A DNA stretch of 64,000 bases from an uncultured bacterium (lineage in GTDB: Bacteria; Chlamydiota; Chlamydiia; Chlamydiales; JAJFMA01), in the NCBI GenBank assembly GCA_964445105.1, contig CAYUJS010000002.1, forward strand, positions 18,123 through 82,122. Reading direction: 5' to 3'. The notes beneath the pieces are model-generated. The model made no database searches and had not been told where the DNA came from. It was given only the letters and a program-made list of their open reading frames with translations. Below, piece by piece: positions 46,898 to 56,431 of this stretch. Each line of letters starts with the position of its first letter. Within the stretch, counting starts at the first letter, position 1. A program made the translations under genes and the position numbers.

Positions 46898-48112
46898 CTA
46901 CTGAAATTTCAGCGATGCGATTCCAAGCAGCGCCAAAATCAAGCCAATGATCCAAAAACGCACCACCACCTTTGCCTCGGGCCAGCCCAGATATTCGAAA
47001 TGATGATGCAGTGGGGTGCACAAAAAGACCCGTCGCTTATTGCGGTAGCGGTAGCTACCTACTTGGATAATCACCGAAAGTGTCTCGACCACAAAAATCC
47101 CGCCGATCAAAGCCAGCAGCAATTCGCGCTTCAGTAGAACTGTAGAAACCCCGAGCACCCCCCCCAGCGTGAGCGAGCCAATATCACCCATAAATACCTG
47201 CGCTGGGTATCCGTTGTACCAAAGAAAACCCAGACAAGCGCCCGCAAAGGCGCAGAGATAAATACCGATCTCTCCCGCTCCTTCCACGTACAAGATATTC
47301 AGGTAGCGCGCGATCTCACTGTGGTTCGAGACAAATGCAAACAAAGCTAAGCAGCTGGCCACCATGAGCAAACATCCAGCGGCCAGCCCGTCCAATCCAT
47401 CGGTCAAATTCACCGCATTGGATGACCCCACTACTACGAACAAAATAAAAAATACCCCTAAGGGGAGCAGAGCGCCCTTAAACTCCAGTAAAGAGCCCTT
47501 CAAAAAAGGCGCATACAAGCGCCCAGCATAATCCTGCAACGAAATCGCCCGCTGCTGTGGTTCGAGATTTTTACCGAGCACCGCCTCTCTTACCACCGGT
47601 GGCTGCAGACCCGTGACTTGCGCCACCGTCTCCGTAACGACTGGAAAATAGAGATAAGCCGCAACTGCCGCCGCCAGAGCCAGCTGAACCAGCAACTTCA
47701 TCCGCCCTGAAAGCCCGCTATGATGTTTGCGTCGCATTTTCAGGTAATCATCTACCCCCCCAACGGCCCCTAGTACCAGCGTAGTCAGCAATAAAATCCA
47801 GGTAAAGACATGGCCCCAGTCCATCCAAAGCAACATACAAAGCAACATCGAAGAAAGAATAAGTAGACCGCCCATCGTCGGTGTATCTTTCTTGTTCGCA
47901 TGCAATTGGCTAATCAGTCCATAATCTGCCGTACGAATTGGCTGGCCCACTTTTAGTCGGTATAACATCCCGATGAAGCGCGATCCGAAAAAGATACTAA
48001 CCAAGAGCGCCGTCAATGCTGCCAGCACCATGCGCGTGGAATAGTAGTAAAATACGGCCGGTATCTTAAAATCGAACGCACCCTGTAAAAAATCAACCAA
48101 CCATAAAATCAT
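46898..48112 (-). CDS. mraY: phospho-N-acetylmuramoyl-pentapeptide transferase
   Basis: The start is taken at ATG 48112 (MILWLVDFLQG), which forms an ATGA overlap with the murF stop. MraY motifs are present (KKDTPTMGG, NAVNLTDGLDGLA, FMGDIGSL, PLHHHFE). Confidence 0.93.
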   Translation of the reverse strand: MILWLVDFLQGAFDFKIPAVFYYYSTRMVLAALTALLVSIFFGSRFIGMLYRLKVGQPIRTADYGLISQLHANKKDTPTMGGLLILSSMLLCMLLWMDWGHVFTWILLLTTLVLGAVGGVDDYLKMRRKHHSGLSGRMKLLVQLALAAAVAAYLYFPVVTETVAQVTGLQPPVVREAVLGKNLEPQQRAISLQDYAGRLYAPFLKGSLLEFKGALLPLGVFFILFVVVGSSNAVNLTDGLDGLAAGCLLMVASCLALFAFVSNHSEIARYLNILYVEGAGEIGIYLCAFAGACLGFLWYNGYPAQVFMGDIGSLTLGGVLGVSTVLLKRELLLALIGGIFVVETLSVIIQVGSYRYRNKRRVFLCTPLHHHFEYLGWPEAKVVVRFWIIGLILALLGIASLKFQ

Positions 48113-49440
48113 CGCAATAAGTCCTCGACCAGCGTCCAAAGCTGCACGTAATTGGCCCCTTTCAACAACACCACATCACCAGGCTGTAGGACGGCACAAA
48201 CCGCTGCCGACAAATCCTTCTTCTCTTCAAAATACTCCACCTGCCGCCCGCGGCTACGCCACTCTTGCACAATCGGTAGGCAGGCGTCTCCTAAGCAAAA
48301 CAACAAATCTAGATGATCCAGTGCATGGTGTCCAATCGCTTTATGGCAAGCTTCAGAAAATTTTCCTAATTCAGGCACAGGCCCTAAAACGGCTATGCGG
48401 CGCTTGGCGCCCGGGCATAAAACAGCTAGACTCTCTAGGGCGCTTTTCACCGAGGCTTCGCACGCATTATAACTGTCGTTAATCAGCGTTACCCCGTTTC
48501 TCTCGAGGCGCTGTAGACGCCGTTCAGGGAGTTCCAAGAGCGGTAAGCCATCGATTAGCTCAGGCCAAGACAAGCCGCAGGCACGCGCTACCACTAGCGC
48601 CGCCAATAAGTTATGCTTGTTGTGCCCGCCCGCCAACCGGAAGTTTCCCAAAACGACAGACTCGGCGCCCTCACAAAAAACCAAGCGGCCTTCTACCACT
48701 TTTAGAAAAAAATCAGCTTCAGGATGAACCGTAGAAAAAGTCCGCGTAGGCAGTAGCTTCGCGATCTCCGCTTTAGCCGGTAAATCGTACGGAATGATCC
48801 CCAACCTCGTCTGTGGCGAAGAAAAAATTTCCGCTTTGGCCCAGGAGATCTCTTCTATCGAACCAAAAGCCTGCGCATGCACCAACTGCACGGTTGTGAT
48901 CAACGCGATGTCAGGAGCTGCCATATCTATCAAACGCCTGATCTGTCCCGGCTTTGTCATGGCCATCTCCAGAACAGCCACGCCCTCATCACCAGAAAAT
49001 CCATTCAGAATGGCGAGAGGCAAGCCAATTTGCGAATTAGCATTACCCGGAGAAGCTGCCACCTTGTACCGCATACTCAGCAAGGTGCGTAAAAATTCCT
49101 TCGTCGTCGTTTTGCCAATCGATCCGGTTACTCCGCATACAATTTCAGGCCGAATCTGCTTAAACTTTTTATTCGCTAATTCCTGCAAAGTCTTTAGAAC
49201 ATCGTCGACACGAAGCAAAAGCAGCCCGTGATCTGGCCCTTTATAGGCATTGGAAACTACCGCACCAATCGCGCCACGCCCACGCGCCTGAGCGAGATAG
49301 TCATGACCATCCGCCTTAGCGCCCGCAAGAGCAAAAAAAAGATCCCCAGCAGCTACCTGCCGACTATCCACCTGAAACGAGCTAATACGCCGCTCGCCGC
49401 TGCCTGGGATAATATCTGCTAAGGTTAGTTTGGGCATCAA
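48109..49440 (-). CDS. murF: UDP-N-acetylmuramoyl-tripeptide--D-alanyl-D-alanine ligase
   Basis: 443 aa with the P-loop GVTGSIGKTTTKE and the Mur ligase middle and C-terminal domains. It is the first gene of the dcw block in this window. Confidence 0.9.
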   Translation of the reverse strand: MMPKLTLADIIPGSGERRISSFQVDSRQVAAGDLFFALAGAKADGHDYLAQARGRGAIGAVVSNAYKGPDHGLLLLRVDDVLKTLQELANKKFKQIRPEIVCGVTGSIGKTTTKEFLRTLLSMRYKVAASPGNANSQIGLPLAILNGFSGDEGVAVLEMAMTKPGQIRRLIDMAAPDIALITTVQLVHAQAFGSIEEISWAKAEIFSSPQTRLGIIPYDLPAKAEIAKLLPTRTFSTVHPEADFFLKVVEGRLVFCEGAESVVLGNFRLAGGHNKHNLLAALVVARACGLSWPELIDGLPLLELPERRLQRLERNGVTLINDSYNACEASVKSALESLAVLCPGAKRRIAVLGPVPELGKFSEACHKAIGHHALDHLDLLFCLGDACLPIVQEWRSRGRQVEYFEEKKDLSAAVCAVLQPGDVVLLKGANYVQLWTLVEDLLR

Positions 49441-49600
49441 ACAGCAATAAAGTTAAAATGGTTGATAGAAAAGCCTAAATCCTAGGTCGGAAGACGATTT
49501 TAGGCAATCGGAATTATCTTAAAAGCGGTAGTTCGCCTTGCAAAAAGACGCCATTTGCTATAGGCTTGCATTACACGCCAGCTAAAGGAGAGCTAACAGT

Positions 49601-50725
49601 ATGAAAACCAAAGAGTTCAATAAGATTCCCGGTACTTTTATTATTGTTAATCATCTTTTAGCTGTGACCCTTGTGCCCTTCTACTTTTGGTATGGCTCTC
49701 CTTCCTTACTGCTATGGACCCTATCAGCCCTCATGGTCTTGATAACAGGGCTGGCAATCACGGGCGGCTACCACCGCTACTTTTCGCATAAAACCTACAA
49801 AACTTACCCCAAGGTGGAATCCGTCATCCTTTTTTTCGGTAGCATGGCAGCCCAAGGCAGCGCTTTACGATGGTCCTTTGATCATCGCCAACATCACGCC
49901 TACACCGATACCGAGCTCGATCCCTATTCCATCAATAAAGGTTTTTGGTTCGCTCATGTATTCTGGATCTTCCGCAAGCCTGCAGCCATCGATTCCAAAG
50001 TTGTGATTGATCTCATCAACAACCCTCGCGTCGCTTTTCAGCATAGGTATTATCCCCTGTGTGTCACCCTCTCCTCTGTGGCTTGTGCGCTCGTCATCGG
50101 CATCCTAACGGGCGACTGTGCCGGCGCCTTCGCTATAGGCACTGTCTTGCGTATTTTAACGCTACACCACTTTACCTGGTTCATTAACAGCGCCGCACAC
50201 ACTTGGGGCGACAAACCCTTTTGCCAAGAACAGTCCGCCGTCAACAATTACATCCTTTCGCTGCTTACCTTCGGCGAAGGTTATCACAACTACCACCACA
50301 CCTTCGCCAATGATTATAGAAACGGCATCCGCTGGTACCACTTCGATCCAACCAAATGGCTCATCTGGAGTTTAAATAAGCTAGGCCTTGCTCACGGGCT
50401 TAAAAAAGTAGACCCTGTGACGATCCAAAAACGAATGATTCTTCAACGCAAAAATATGCTATTAGAGCGACTTAAAAAGCTCTTTAAAAACCAAAGGTCA
50501 GATCTCGAACACCAAATTCAAGAGCTTTCAGAAGCCGTTCTCAGCCAGGTCGCGGCCTTCGACCAGCTAAAACAACGCTACAAAGACTGGAAACGCGAAC
50601 AAAAACCTAAAGAAGTTCTCACTGAGCTCATTACCGAACTGCGAGCGGTCAAACGCAGTCTAAAAGACTCCTGGCACCAATGGAGTCAGCTCTCCGAGCA
50701 GGTTTTGCAGCTTAAACAGAGTTAA
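49601..50725 (+). CDS. membrane fatty-acid (acyl-CoA/acyl-lipid) delta-9-type desaturase with a C-terminal coiled-coil extension
   Basis: Three His boxes are present: HRYFSHKTYK, HRQHHAYTD and HNYHHTF. AAGGAG lies upstream of the ATG. The last 90 or so residues are heptad-like (LERLKKLFKNQRSDLEHQIQELSEAV...). Confidence 0.9.
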   Translation: MKTKEFNKIPGTFIIVNHLLAVTLVPFYFWYGSPSLLLWTLSALMVLITGLAITGGYHRYFSHKTYKTYPKVESVILFFGSMAAQGSALRWSFDHRQHHAYTDTELDPYSINKGFWFAHVFWIFRKPAAIDSKVVIDLINNPRVAFQHRYYPLCVTLSSVACALVIGILTGDCAGAFAIGTVLRILTLHHFTWFINSAAHTWGDKPFCQEQSAVNNYILSLLTFGEGYHNYHHTFANDYRNGIRWYHFDPTKWLIWSLNKLGLAHGLKKVDPVTIQKRMILQRKNMLLERLKKLFKNQRSDLEHQIQELSEAVLSQVAAFDQLKQRYKDWKREQKPKEVLTELITELRAVKRSLKDSWHQWSQLSEQVLQLKQS

Positions 50726-50788
50726 TCTATGGATTTAATCTTGACCTCTTTTTCGCTCATCAGCTATAAGGGCCTCTTTAACAACTAG

Positions 50789-50860
50789 GGTGGCATAGCC
50801 AAGTGGTAAGGCAGAAGCCTGCAAAGCTTCCATTCCCCAGTTCAAATCTGGGTGCCACCT
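50789..50860 (+). tRNA. tRNA-Cys (anticodon GCA)
   Basis: A manual cloverleaf fits. The acceptor is GGTGGCA/TGCCACC, the D stem GCC/GGC and the anticodon stem GAAGC/GCTTC with loop CTGCAAA. The T stem is CCCAG/CTGGG with loop TTCAAAT. The discriminator is T, consistent with Cys identity, and CCA is not encoded. Confidence 0.85.
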
Positions 50861-50874
50861 AGCTTTTTTCCTGC

Positions 50875-51720
50875 ATGGTATTATATCTCGTAGCGACCCC
50901 GATAGGGAATCTTTCTGACATTACGCTTCGAGCCATAGAAACGCTCCGCGCCTGCGATTACATTCTTTGCGAAGACACGTCTCACAGCAAAATTCTTCTT
51001 AACCACCATAACATCCACAGGCCACTCAAAAGCTACCACAAGTTTAACGAAGCCGCGCGAGAGCGAGAGGTGATCCAAGATCTGCAAGCCGGCAAATCTA
51101 TCGCTCTTATTTCTGATGCTGGTACCCCGGGCATCTCAGATCCAGGAGAGAGCATCGTACAGGCAGCTGTCGAGGCTGGTATTGCCGTCGTCTCTATTCC
51201 AGGAGCCTGCGCGGCCATTGCAGCCATTATTTGTTCAGGCCTACCTACCAAGCAATTTCAGATGGTCGGGTTCCTGCCGAAAAAAGTAGGCGAGCTGGAG
51301 GATAAACTTGTCGAAATTTTCCACTACCCAGGCACCACCCTCTGCTACGAATCGCCACGCAGATTGATGGATGTATTAACCGTCATTCAACGACTCGCAC
51401 CAAAACGCACGCTCTGTGCCGCTCGCGAACTGACAAAACGTTTTGAAGAGCTCGTGCGAGGCACGGCCGACACCCTTATCGCACACTGGAAAGATCGAGA
51501 AATCAAAGGAGAGCTCGTTTTAGTGATCGCTCCACCCACGAGCCAAGAGCTCCACCACGAATGGGCCTCAATGACCCTCGTGGAGCACGTGGCGCGCTTG
51601 GAACATGACTTCGGGCTCTCCCAACAAGACGCCATCAAAATGGTTGCCCAACTGCGCGGCCTCCCAAAAAGGGACGTGTACAAAGTAGCCAAAAACATAC
51701 CTGATCGAAAAAAAACCTAA
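50875..51720 (+). CDS. rsmI: 16S rRNA (cytidine1402-2'-O)-methyltransferase
   Basis: The N-terminus LYLVATPIGNLSDITLRAIETLRACDYILCEDT is that of the tetrapyrrole-methylase-fold RsmI family. 281 aa. Confidence 0.9.
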   Translation: MVLYLVATPIGNLSDITLRAIETLRACDYILCEDTSHSKILLNHHNIHRPLKSYHKFNEAAREREVIQDLQAGKSIALISDAGTPGISDPGESIVQAAVEAGIAVVSIPGACAAIAAIICSGLPTKQFQMVGFLPKKVGELEDKLVEIFHYPGTTLCYESPRRLMDVLTVIQRLAPKRTLCAARELTKRFEELVRGTADTLIAHWKDREIKGELVLVIAPPTSQELHHEWASMTLVEHVARLEHDFGLSQQDAIKMVAQLRGLPKRDVYKVAKNIPDRKKT

Positions 51721-51798
51721 ATTTTTTTTGTTTACAAAATAACTCTCACCTTTCACTATCCGACCTCTAAATTGATCGACTGTTAAGAGGTATTTTCG

Positions 51799-53085
51799 AT
51801 GAAAAATAGTGAATATCGCGTATGGGCGTACATGTTATTATTTGCTTGCATCCCTTGCGCGCACTTGGGCGCCGAGACGTGGGCCAGCGTCAAAGGCCAG
51901 GGCATGGGTCACACAGGTGCTGTCTATCCTCAAGATACCTTGACAGCGGCCCACAACCCCGCCGGTATGGTCTACATGGGCAATCGCGCCGATATCGAGT
52001 GCACCTGGGCAGTGCGCGAAGCGGCAATGGACATCGAAGGAAGCACGCTATTAGGAGGCAATGGCCAGTACCGCGCTTCGGGCGGTCAAAACCAGTGGGC
52101 TCCCGCCTTCGGCGTTAACTGGATGATCGGCAATAGTACCGACGCTTCATTTGGCATCACCGGCTACATTCACGACCACATATACGCCAGCTACGATTCT
52201 GCCGTCCCCGCTTACGGAATCAGTCGATTAAACTTCGATTACCTCGTCGGCACGATCGCGGCTACCTTGGCGATCAGACTCGACTCCCACGCCTTCGGTT
52301 TAGCCGCTCTCTTCCATGAAACGCGCTTTAAAATCGATGGCCTCGAGCAATTCGATGTCGGCACAACGACAACTGTGCCTCCTGTTTTAGGGTTCACTGT
52401 CAGCCCCGGTAATGTCAGCGGTAGGGGCGCCAATCTGGCCGAAGGCTTCGGCGTCTCTATCGGTTGGATGGGCCGCCTCGCCCCTTGGCTGCGCGCTGGA
52501 TTAGCTTGGGAAATCCCCATCTGGCAGCAGCGCTTACCTAAATACGCAGGCTTCATTCCTTACAACCAACGTATGGTCCCCCCACAACGCATTACCGGCG
52601 GCCTCCACTTCAATTTTTATAAAAACGTCAACGTTGTGCTAGAGGCCCAGCAGATACTGTGGCGCATGAACAAACTCTTTCACCATGACGGATTCGCGAC
52701 CGTCGAAGAGCTTCAGTCGCAACCCTTCGGAAGTGCCCAAGGCCCCGGATTTGGCTGGAAAGACCAAACCATTCTGCGCGGCGGTGCGGATATCACTCTG
52801 TGCGACCTCGTGCTACGCATCGGCGGTTCTTGGAGCCGCCTACCCACACGCTCCCCTCAAACCTATCTGAATGCACTCACTCAAGAAATCATCCAAACAT
52901 GGGCCACGGCGGGCTTCACTTACCGTTGGTGCCAGTGCTGGGAATTATCTGGTTTCTATGCCTGGGGCTTTAGGCACGCTGTGAACGGCTCGCAGGACAT
53001 CCCTGCAGGACCCTTTGGCAGCGGGCGAGTCAACCTGAAAAACCAGGAACAGCGCATTGGAGCAGCCCTCGGTTATAAATGGTAG
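51799..53085 (+). CDS. outer-membrane beta-barrel transport protein, FadL/TodX (OMPP1) family-like
   Basis: A signal peptide is followed by GQGMGHTGAVYPQDTLTAAHNPAGMVYMG, the family-typical NPAG box. The sequence has alternating beta-strand character and a C-terminal aromatic residue (ALGYKW). Confidence 0.7.
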   Translation: MKNSEYRVWAYMLLFACIPCAHLGAETWASVKGQGMGHTGAVYPQDTLTAAHNPAGMVYMGNRADIECTWAVREAAMDIEGSTLLGGNGQYRASGGQNQWAPAFGVNWMIGNSTDASFGITGYIHDHIYASYDSAVPAYGISRLNFDYLVGTIAATLAIRLDSHAFGLAALFHETRFKIDGLEQFDVGTTTTVPPVLGFTVSPGNVSGRGANLAEGFGVSIGWMGRLAPWLRAGLAWEIPIWQQRLPKYAGFIPYNQRMVPPQRITGGLHFNFYKNVNVVLEAQQILWRMNKLFHHDGFATVEELQSQPFGSAQGPGFGWKDQTILRGGADITLCDLVLRIGGSWSRLPTRSPQTYLNALTQEIIQTWATAGFTYRWCQCWELSGFYAWGFRHAVNGSQDIPAGPFGSGRVNLKNQEQRIGAALGYKW

Positions 53086-53249
53086 GCTTCTTTTTTTAGC
53101 TTTGACTGCCGCCCAAAAGTTGCCTCAAAAAACCAGAACCCTGTAACCTGCTGATCTGGGTTTGCGATTTATCTGATTCAAAATGAATCTTATTTTGAGC
53201 GGCAACTCCTGGAAACAGGCCGTCGACCCAGGCTAGACTCAGGAGCGCC

Positions 53250-55424
53250 ATGGATTGGATCGAAGGCTACATCGAACGCATCACCTACCAGAATCCCGAG
53301 ACCGGTTATACCGTCGCGCAACTGCAGCGCAAAGGCCGTCGTGATTTAGACACGATTGTGGGCGCAATGCCAATGGTGCAACCTGGTGAGACAGTACGCT
53401 GTTTCGGCACATGGAAACGACATCTAACGCACGGTCTGCAATTTGATTTGCAAGAATACCGCACACAAATGCCAGCGGACACCTTGGGAATTCTGAAGTA
53501 CCTCGGCTCTGGCCTCATCAAAGGAATTGGGCCCGCCTACGCCAAACGGATCGTAGATGTCTTCGGACCTGCGACTCTGGACATCATTGACCTTTCACCA
53601 GAGAAACTCACTCAAGTCGGAGGTATCGGAACCGCACGCCTCAAAAAAATCAAAGAATGTTGGGACGCGCAGCGCTCGATCCGGCAGGTGATGATTTTTC
53701 TCCAACAGTATGGCGTCAGCCCCGCCTATGCCCAAAAAATCTTCAAAACCTATGGCAAACATGCCGTAGAAAAAGTCACCGCAAACCCCTTCCAGCTCGC
53801 GCAAGACATCGCAGGCATCGGCTTTAAAACAGCCGATACCATTGCCCAGAAGATGGGGCATGCGCTCGATTCCCCCGCACGTATCTGCGCGGGTATCGAG
53901 TATGCCCTATCAAAGCTATCCGATGAAGGAAATGTGTGCTTTCCACTAGAGGAACTGCTTATAAAAGTACAGGACCTGCTCGCAGTTCCCGCAGAAATGG
54001 CGCGGACCTGCCTGAAAGCGCTTGTTAAATCAGAACGCGTCGTCCTTGCTCCCCTCGGTGAAGAACTCATGCAAGAGCTCTTTGTCTGGCTCAAACCCCT
54101 CTACACCGCCGAAGGCGGCATCGTACGCGAGATCCAGCGCCTAAAACAAGGAACATGTCGACTACGCGCCGTCGACGTACCTCGCGCGCTAGAATGGGCA
54201 CAGACAACTCTCAACGTAAGGCTCGCAGATGCGCAAAAACACGCCGTTAGCATGGCGTTGGAAGAAAAAATTCAGATTATTTCCGGCGGACCCGGAACAG
54301 GTAAGAGTACGATCACCAAAGCCATCCTAGCAATCACAGAAAAGCTTTCCAGCAACATCCTCCTCGCTGCGCCCACCGGACGCGCCGCCAAGCGGATGCA
54401 TGAAATCACAGGCCACAAAGCCTCCACCATCCACAGCCTACTTGAGTACGATTTTCGTGCTAAAGGCTTCAAACGCAATCGCCAATCGCCCCTCGAATGC
54501 GACCTCATCATCATCGACGAGGCCAGTATGATCGATACCTCGTTAATGTATAGTCTACTCAAAGCCATCCCCGCCCATGCACGCACTGTGTTCGTCGGCG
54601 ACACAAACCAGCTCGCCAGTGTCGGCCCGGGTAACATCCTCAAGGACATGATCCGCTCGCAAGCAATACCCGTCACCACGCTACATGAAATATTCCGCCA
54701 AGCCGCTGGCTCACACATCATCACCAACGCCCACCTGATCAACCAAGGGCGCATGCCCAACATCGACAATGATCCGCAAAGCGATTTTTTCTTCATCGAA
54801 CACAAGGAGCCGCAAGCCGTTTTACAGGCCATTCTCGACCTTGTTTCACGTCGCCTTCCCAAAAAATACGGTCTCCACCCCATCCAGGACATTCAGGTAC
54901 TCGCTCCCATGCGCAAAGGCTTAATTGGCACCGAAAACCTCAATCATCTCCTACAAGAAGCACTCAACCCCAAAAGCAAACCCATGCTACTGCGCGGGCG
55001 CCGCTTTGCGACCGGCGACAAAGTCATGCAACTACGCAACGATTACCAAAAAGAGGTTTTCAATGGGGACGTGGGCTATATCTCTAAGATCGACTCCGTC
55101 GACCAAGAGCTCAAGGTCAATATCGACGGCCGCGAAGTATGCTACGACTTCTCAGACCTGGACGACCTGGTTCTAGCGTACGCTGTATCAGTGCATAAAT
55201 ACCAAGGCAGCGAATGTCCCTGCATCGTGATGCCCATCCATACCTCCCACTACAAGCTTCTCCAACGCAACCTCCTTTATACCGGTGTAACCCGCGGAAA
55301 AAGATTGGACGTACTCGTCGGTACCAAGCAAGCTCTCTACATGGCCGTCAAAAATGATGAGGTCAAACGCCGCTATACCGGCCTCTGCCAGGCCTTACAA
55401 CACATCAAAGGCGCCACGACATGA
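53250..55424 (+). CDS. recD2: RecD2-like SF1 ATP-dependent DNA helicase
   Basis: 724 aa with N-terminal HhH-rich modules (GIGPAYAKRIV, GIGTARLKKI, GIGFKTADTIA), Walker A GGPGTGKST, Walker B IIIDEASM, and later motifs VGDTNQL and SVHKYQGSE. Confidence 0.9.
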   Translation: MDWIEGYIERITYQNPETGYTVAQLQRKGRRDLDTIVGAMPMVQPGETVRCFGTWKRHLTHGLQFDLQEYRTQMPADTLGILKYLGSGLIKGIGPAYAKRIVDVFGPATLDIIDLSPEKLTQVGGIGTARLKKIKECWDAQRSIRQVMIFLQQYGVSPAYAQKIFKTYGKHAVEKVTANPFQLAQDIAGIGFKTADTIAQKMGHALDSPARICAGIEYALSKLSDEGNVCFPLEELLIKVQDLLAVPAEMARTCLKALVKSERVVLAPLGEELMQELFVWLKPLYTAEGGIVREIQRLKQGTCRLRAVDVPRALEWAQTTLNVRLADAQKHAVSMALEEKIQIISGGPGTGKSTITKAILAITEKLSSNILLAAPTGRAAKRMHEITGHKASTIHSLLEYDFRAKGFKRNRQSPLECDLIIIDEASMIDTSLMYSLLKAIPAHARTVFVGDTNQLASVGPGNILKDMIRSQAIPVTTLHEIFRQAAGSHIITNAHLINQGRMPNIDNDPQSDFFFIEHKEPQAVLQAILDLVSRRLPKKYGLHPIQDIQVLAPMRKGLIGTENLNHLLQEALNPKSKPMLLRGRRFATGDKVMQLRNDYQKEVFNGDVGYISKIDSVDQELKVNIDGREVCYDFSDLDDLVLAYAVSVHKYQGSECPCIVMPIHTSHYKLLQRNLLYTGVTRGKRLDVLVGTKQALYMAVKNDEVKRRYTGLCQALQHIKGATT

Positions 55425-56431
55425 GGCGTCGCACTAAAAAAACAAGCCTAAAAATAATTCTAGGGCTTATTATCTTCTTAGTTCTGCACTTTACCTACCA
55501 GGCTACCACCATCCGCTTGCCCGCAAGCGACGGTACTGTCTCCCTCTACTCCACACATGCACAAGATGACCTCCGGTGCACCTACCTGGCGGCAATCGAT
55601 TCAGCCAAACAATCGATCCTACTCGAAGTCTACACACTCACCGACGCAGCCATCATCAACGCTTTAAAGCAGAAAGCCCTAGCGGGCATCCCCGTCAAAG
55701 TAGTCGTCGACAGTAAAGCCAGCCCGCTGGCCAAAAAACAGCTCGGCCCCGCAGTCAGCACTCTCCGACGCACCCCGGCAGGCCTCATGCACCTCAAGAT
55801 CCTCGTCATCGACGACGCACAAGTCTGGATCGGTTCTGCCAACATGACCTATGATTCCATGAAAACCCACGGCAACATCATTACCGCGATGACAAATCCA
55901 GCGCTCGCTGCTACTCTTCGCCAACGTATCGACGCAACGCCAGCCTCAGGACCCGCACCTCACACGCCTACCATCTACTTCTCGCAAAACGGCCAAAACG
56001 GCGAACTCTGGTTTTTGCCCAATCCTGACCAAGGCCTCGACAGATTGATCAAAGCCATTCATGGGGCAAAAAAGCAGATACGCATCGCTATGTTTACCTG
56101 GACGCACCCTCTTCTCACCGCAGCCGTTATCAGCGCCCACAAACGTGGCGTCGATGTGAGAGTAGTCATCGACTCTTATCAAGGCAAAGGCGCTGGCGCT
56201 GAGGTCGTGCAAAAACTTAAGAAAGCCAAAGTCAAGACCTCTCTTAGCCATAGCGACGGACTGCTTCACTACAAGATGCTGATCGTGGATGACGATACGC
56301 TTGTCTGCGGCTCCGCCAACTGGACGCGCGCCGCTTTCAAGCATAACGATGACTGCCTGCTTTTTCTCTTTCCTTTAACCGATTCGCAAAATCAATTCCT
56401 CAATAAAATATGGGCGCAGATCATTCGATAA
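55421..56431 (+). CDS. membrane-anchored PLD/Nuc-superfamily protein with two HKD motifs
   Basis: 336 aa with the N-terminal anchor KIILGLIIFLVLHF. The HKD motifs are MHLKILVIDDAQVWIGSANMT and LHYKMLIVDDDTLVCGSANWT. Its ATG overlaps the recD2 stop (ATGA). Confidence 0.8.
   Translation: MRRRTKKTSLKIILGLIIFLVLHFTYQATTIRLPASDGTVSLYSTHAQDDLRCTYLAAIDSAKQSILLEVYTLTDAAIINALKQKALAGIPVKVVVDSKASPLAKKQLGPAVSTLRRTPAGLMHLKILVIDDAQVWIGSANMTYDSMKTHGNIITAMTNPALAATLRQRIDATPASGPAPHTPTIYFSQNGQNGELWFLPNPDQGLDRLIKAIHGAKKQIRIAMFTWTHPLLTAAVISAHKRGVDVRVVIDSYQGKGAGAEVVQKLKKAKVKTSLSHSDGLLHYKMLIVDDDTLVCGSANWTRAAFKHNDDCLLFLFPLTDSQNQFLNKIWAQIIR

Noticed and set aside
53086-53112. TTCTTTTTTTAGCTTTGACTGC right after the FadL-like gene, and AGCTGCTTTTCCTAGAAAGAGG at 10326-10350, considered as solo ends of the MITE-like repeat.
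   Set aside because: Only about 12 nt match the repeat terminus, mostly the T-run, and no core blocks are adjacent. This is too weak to count as copies without a statistical model.
53250-56431. RecD2-like helicase plus HKD protein, considered as a bona fide anti-phage defence system.
   Set aside because: The HKD protein has an N-terminal membrane anchor or export signal. The helicase looks like the housekeeping RecD2 type with HhH modules, and no further defence-typical genes are adjacent. I kept it only as a moderate-interest observation.
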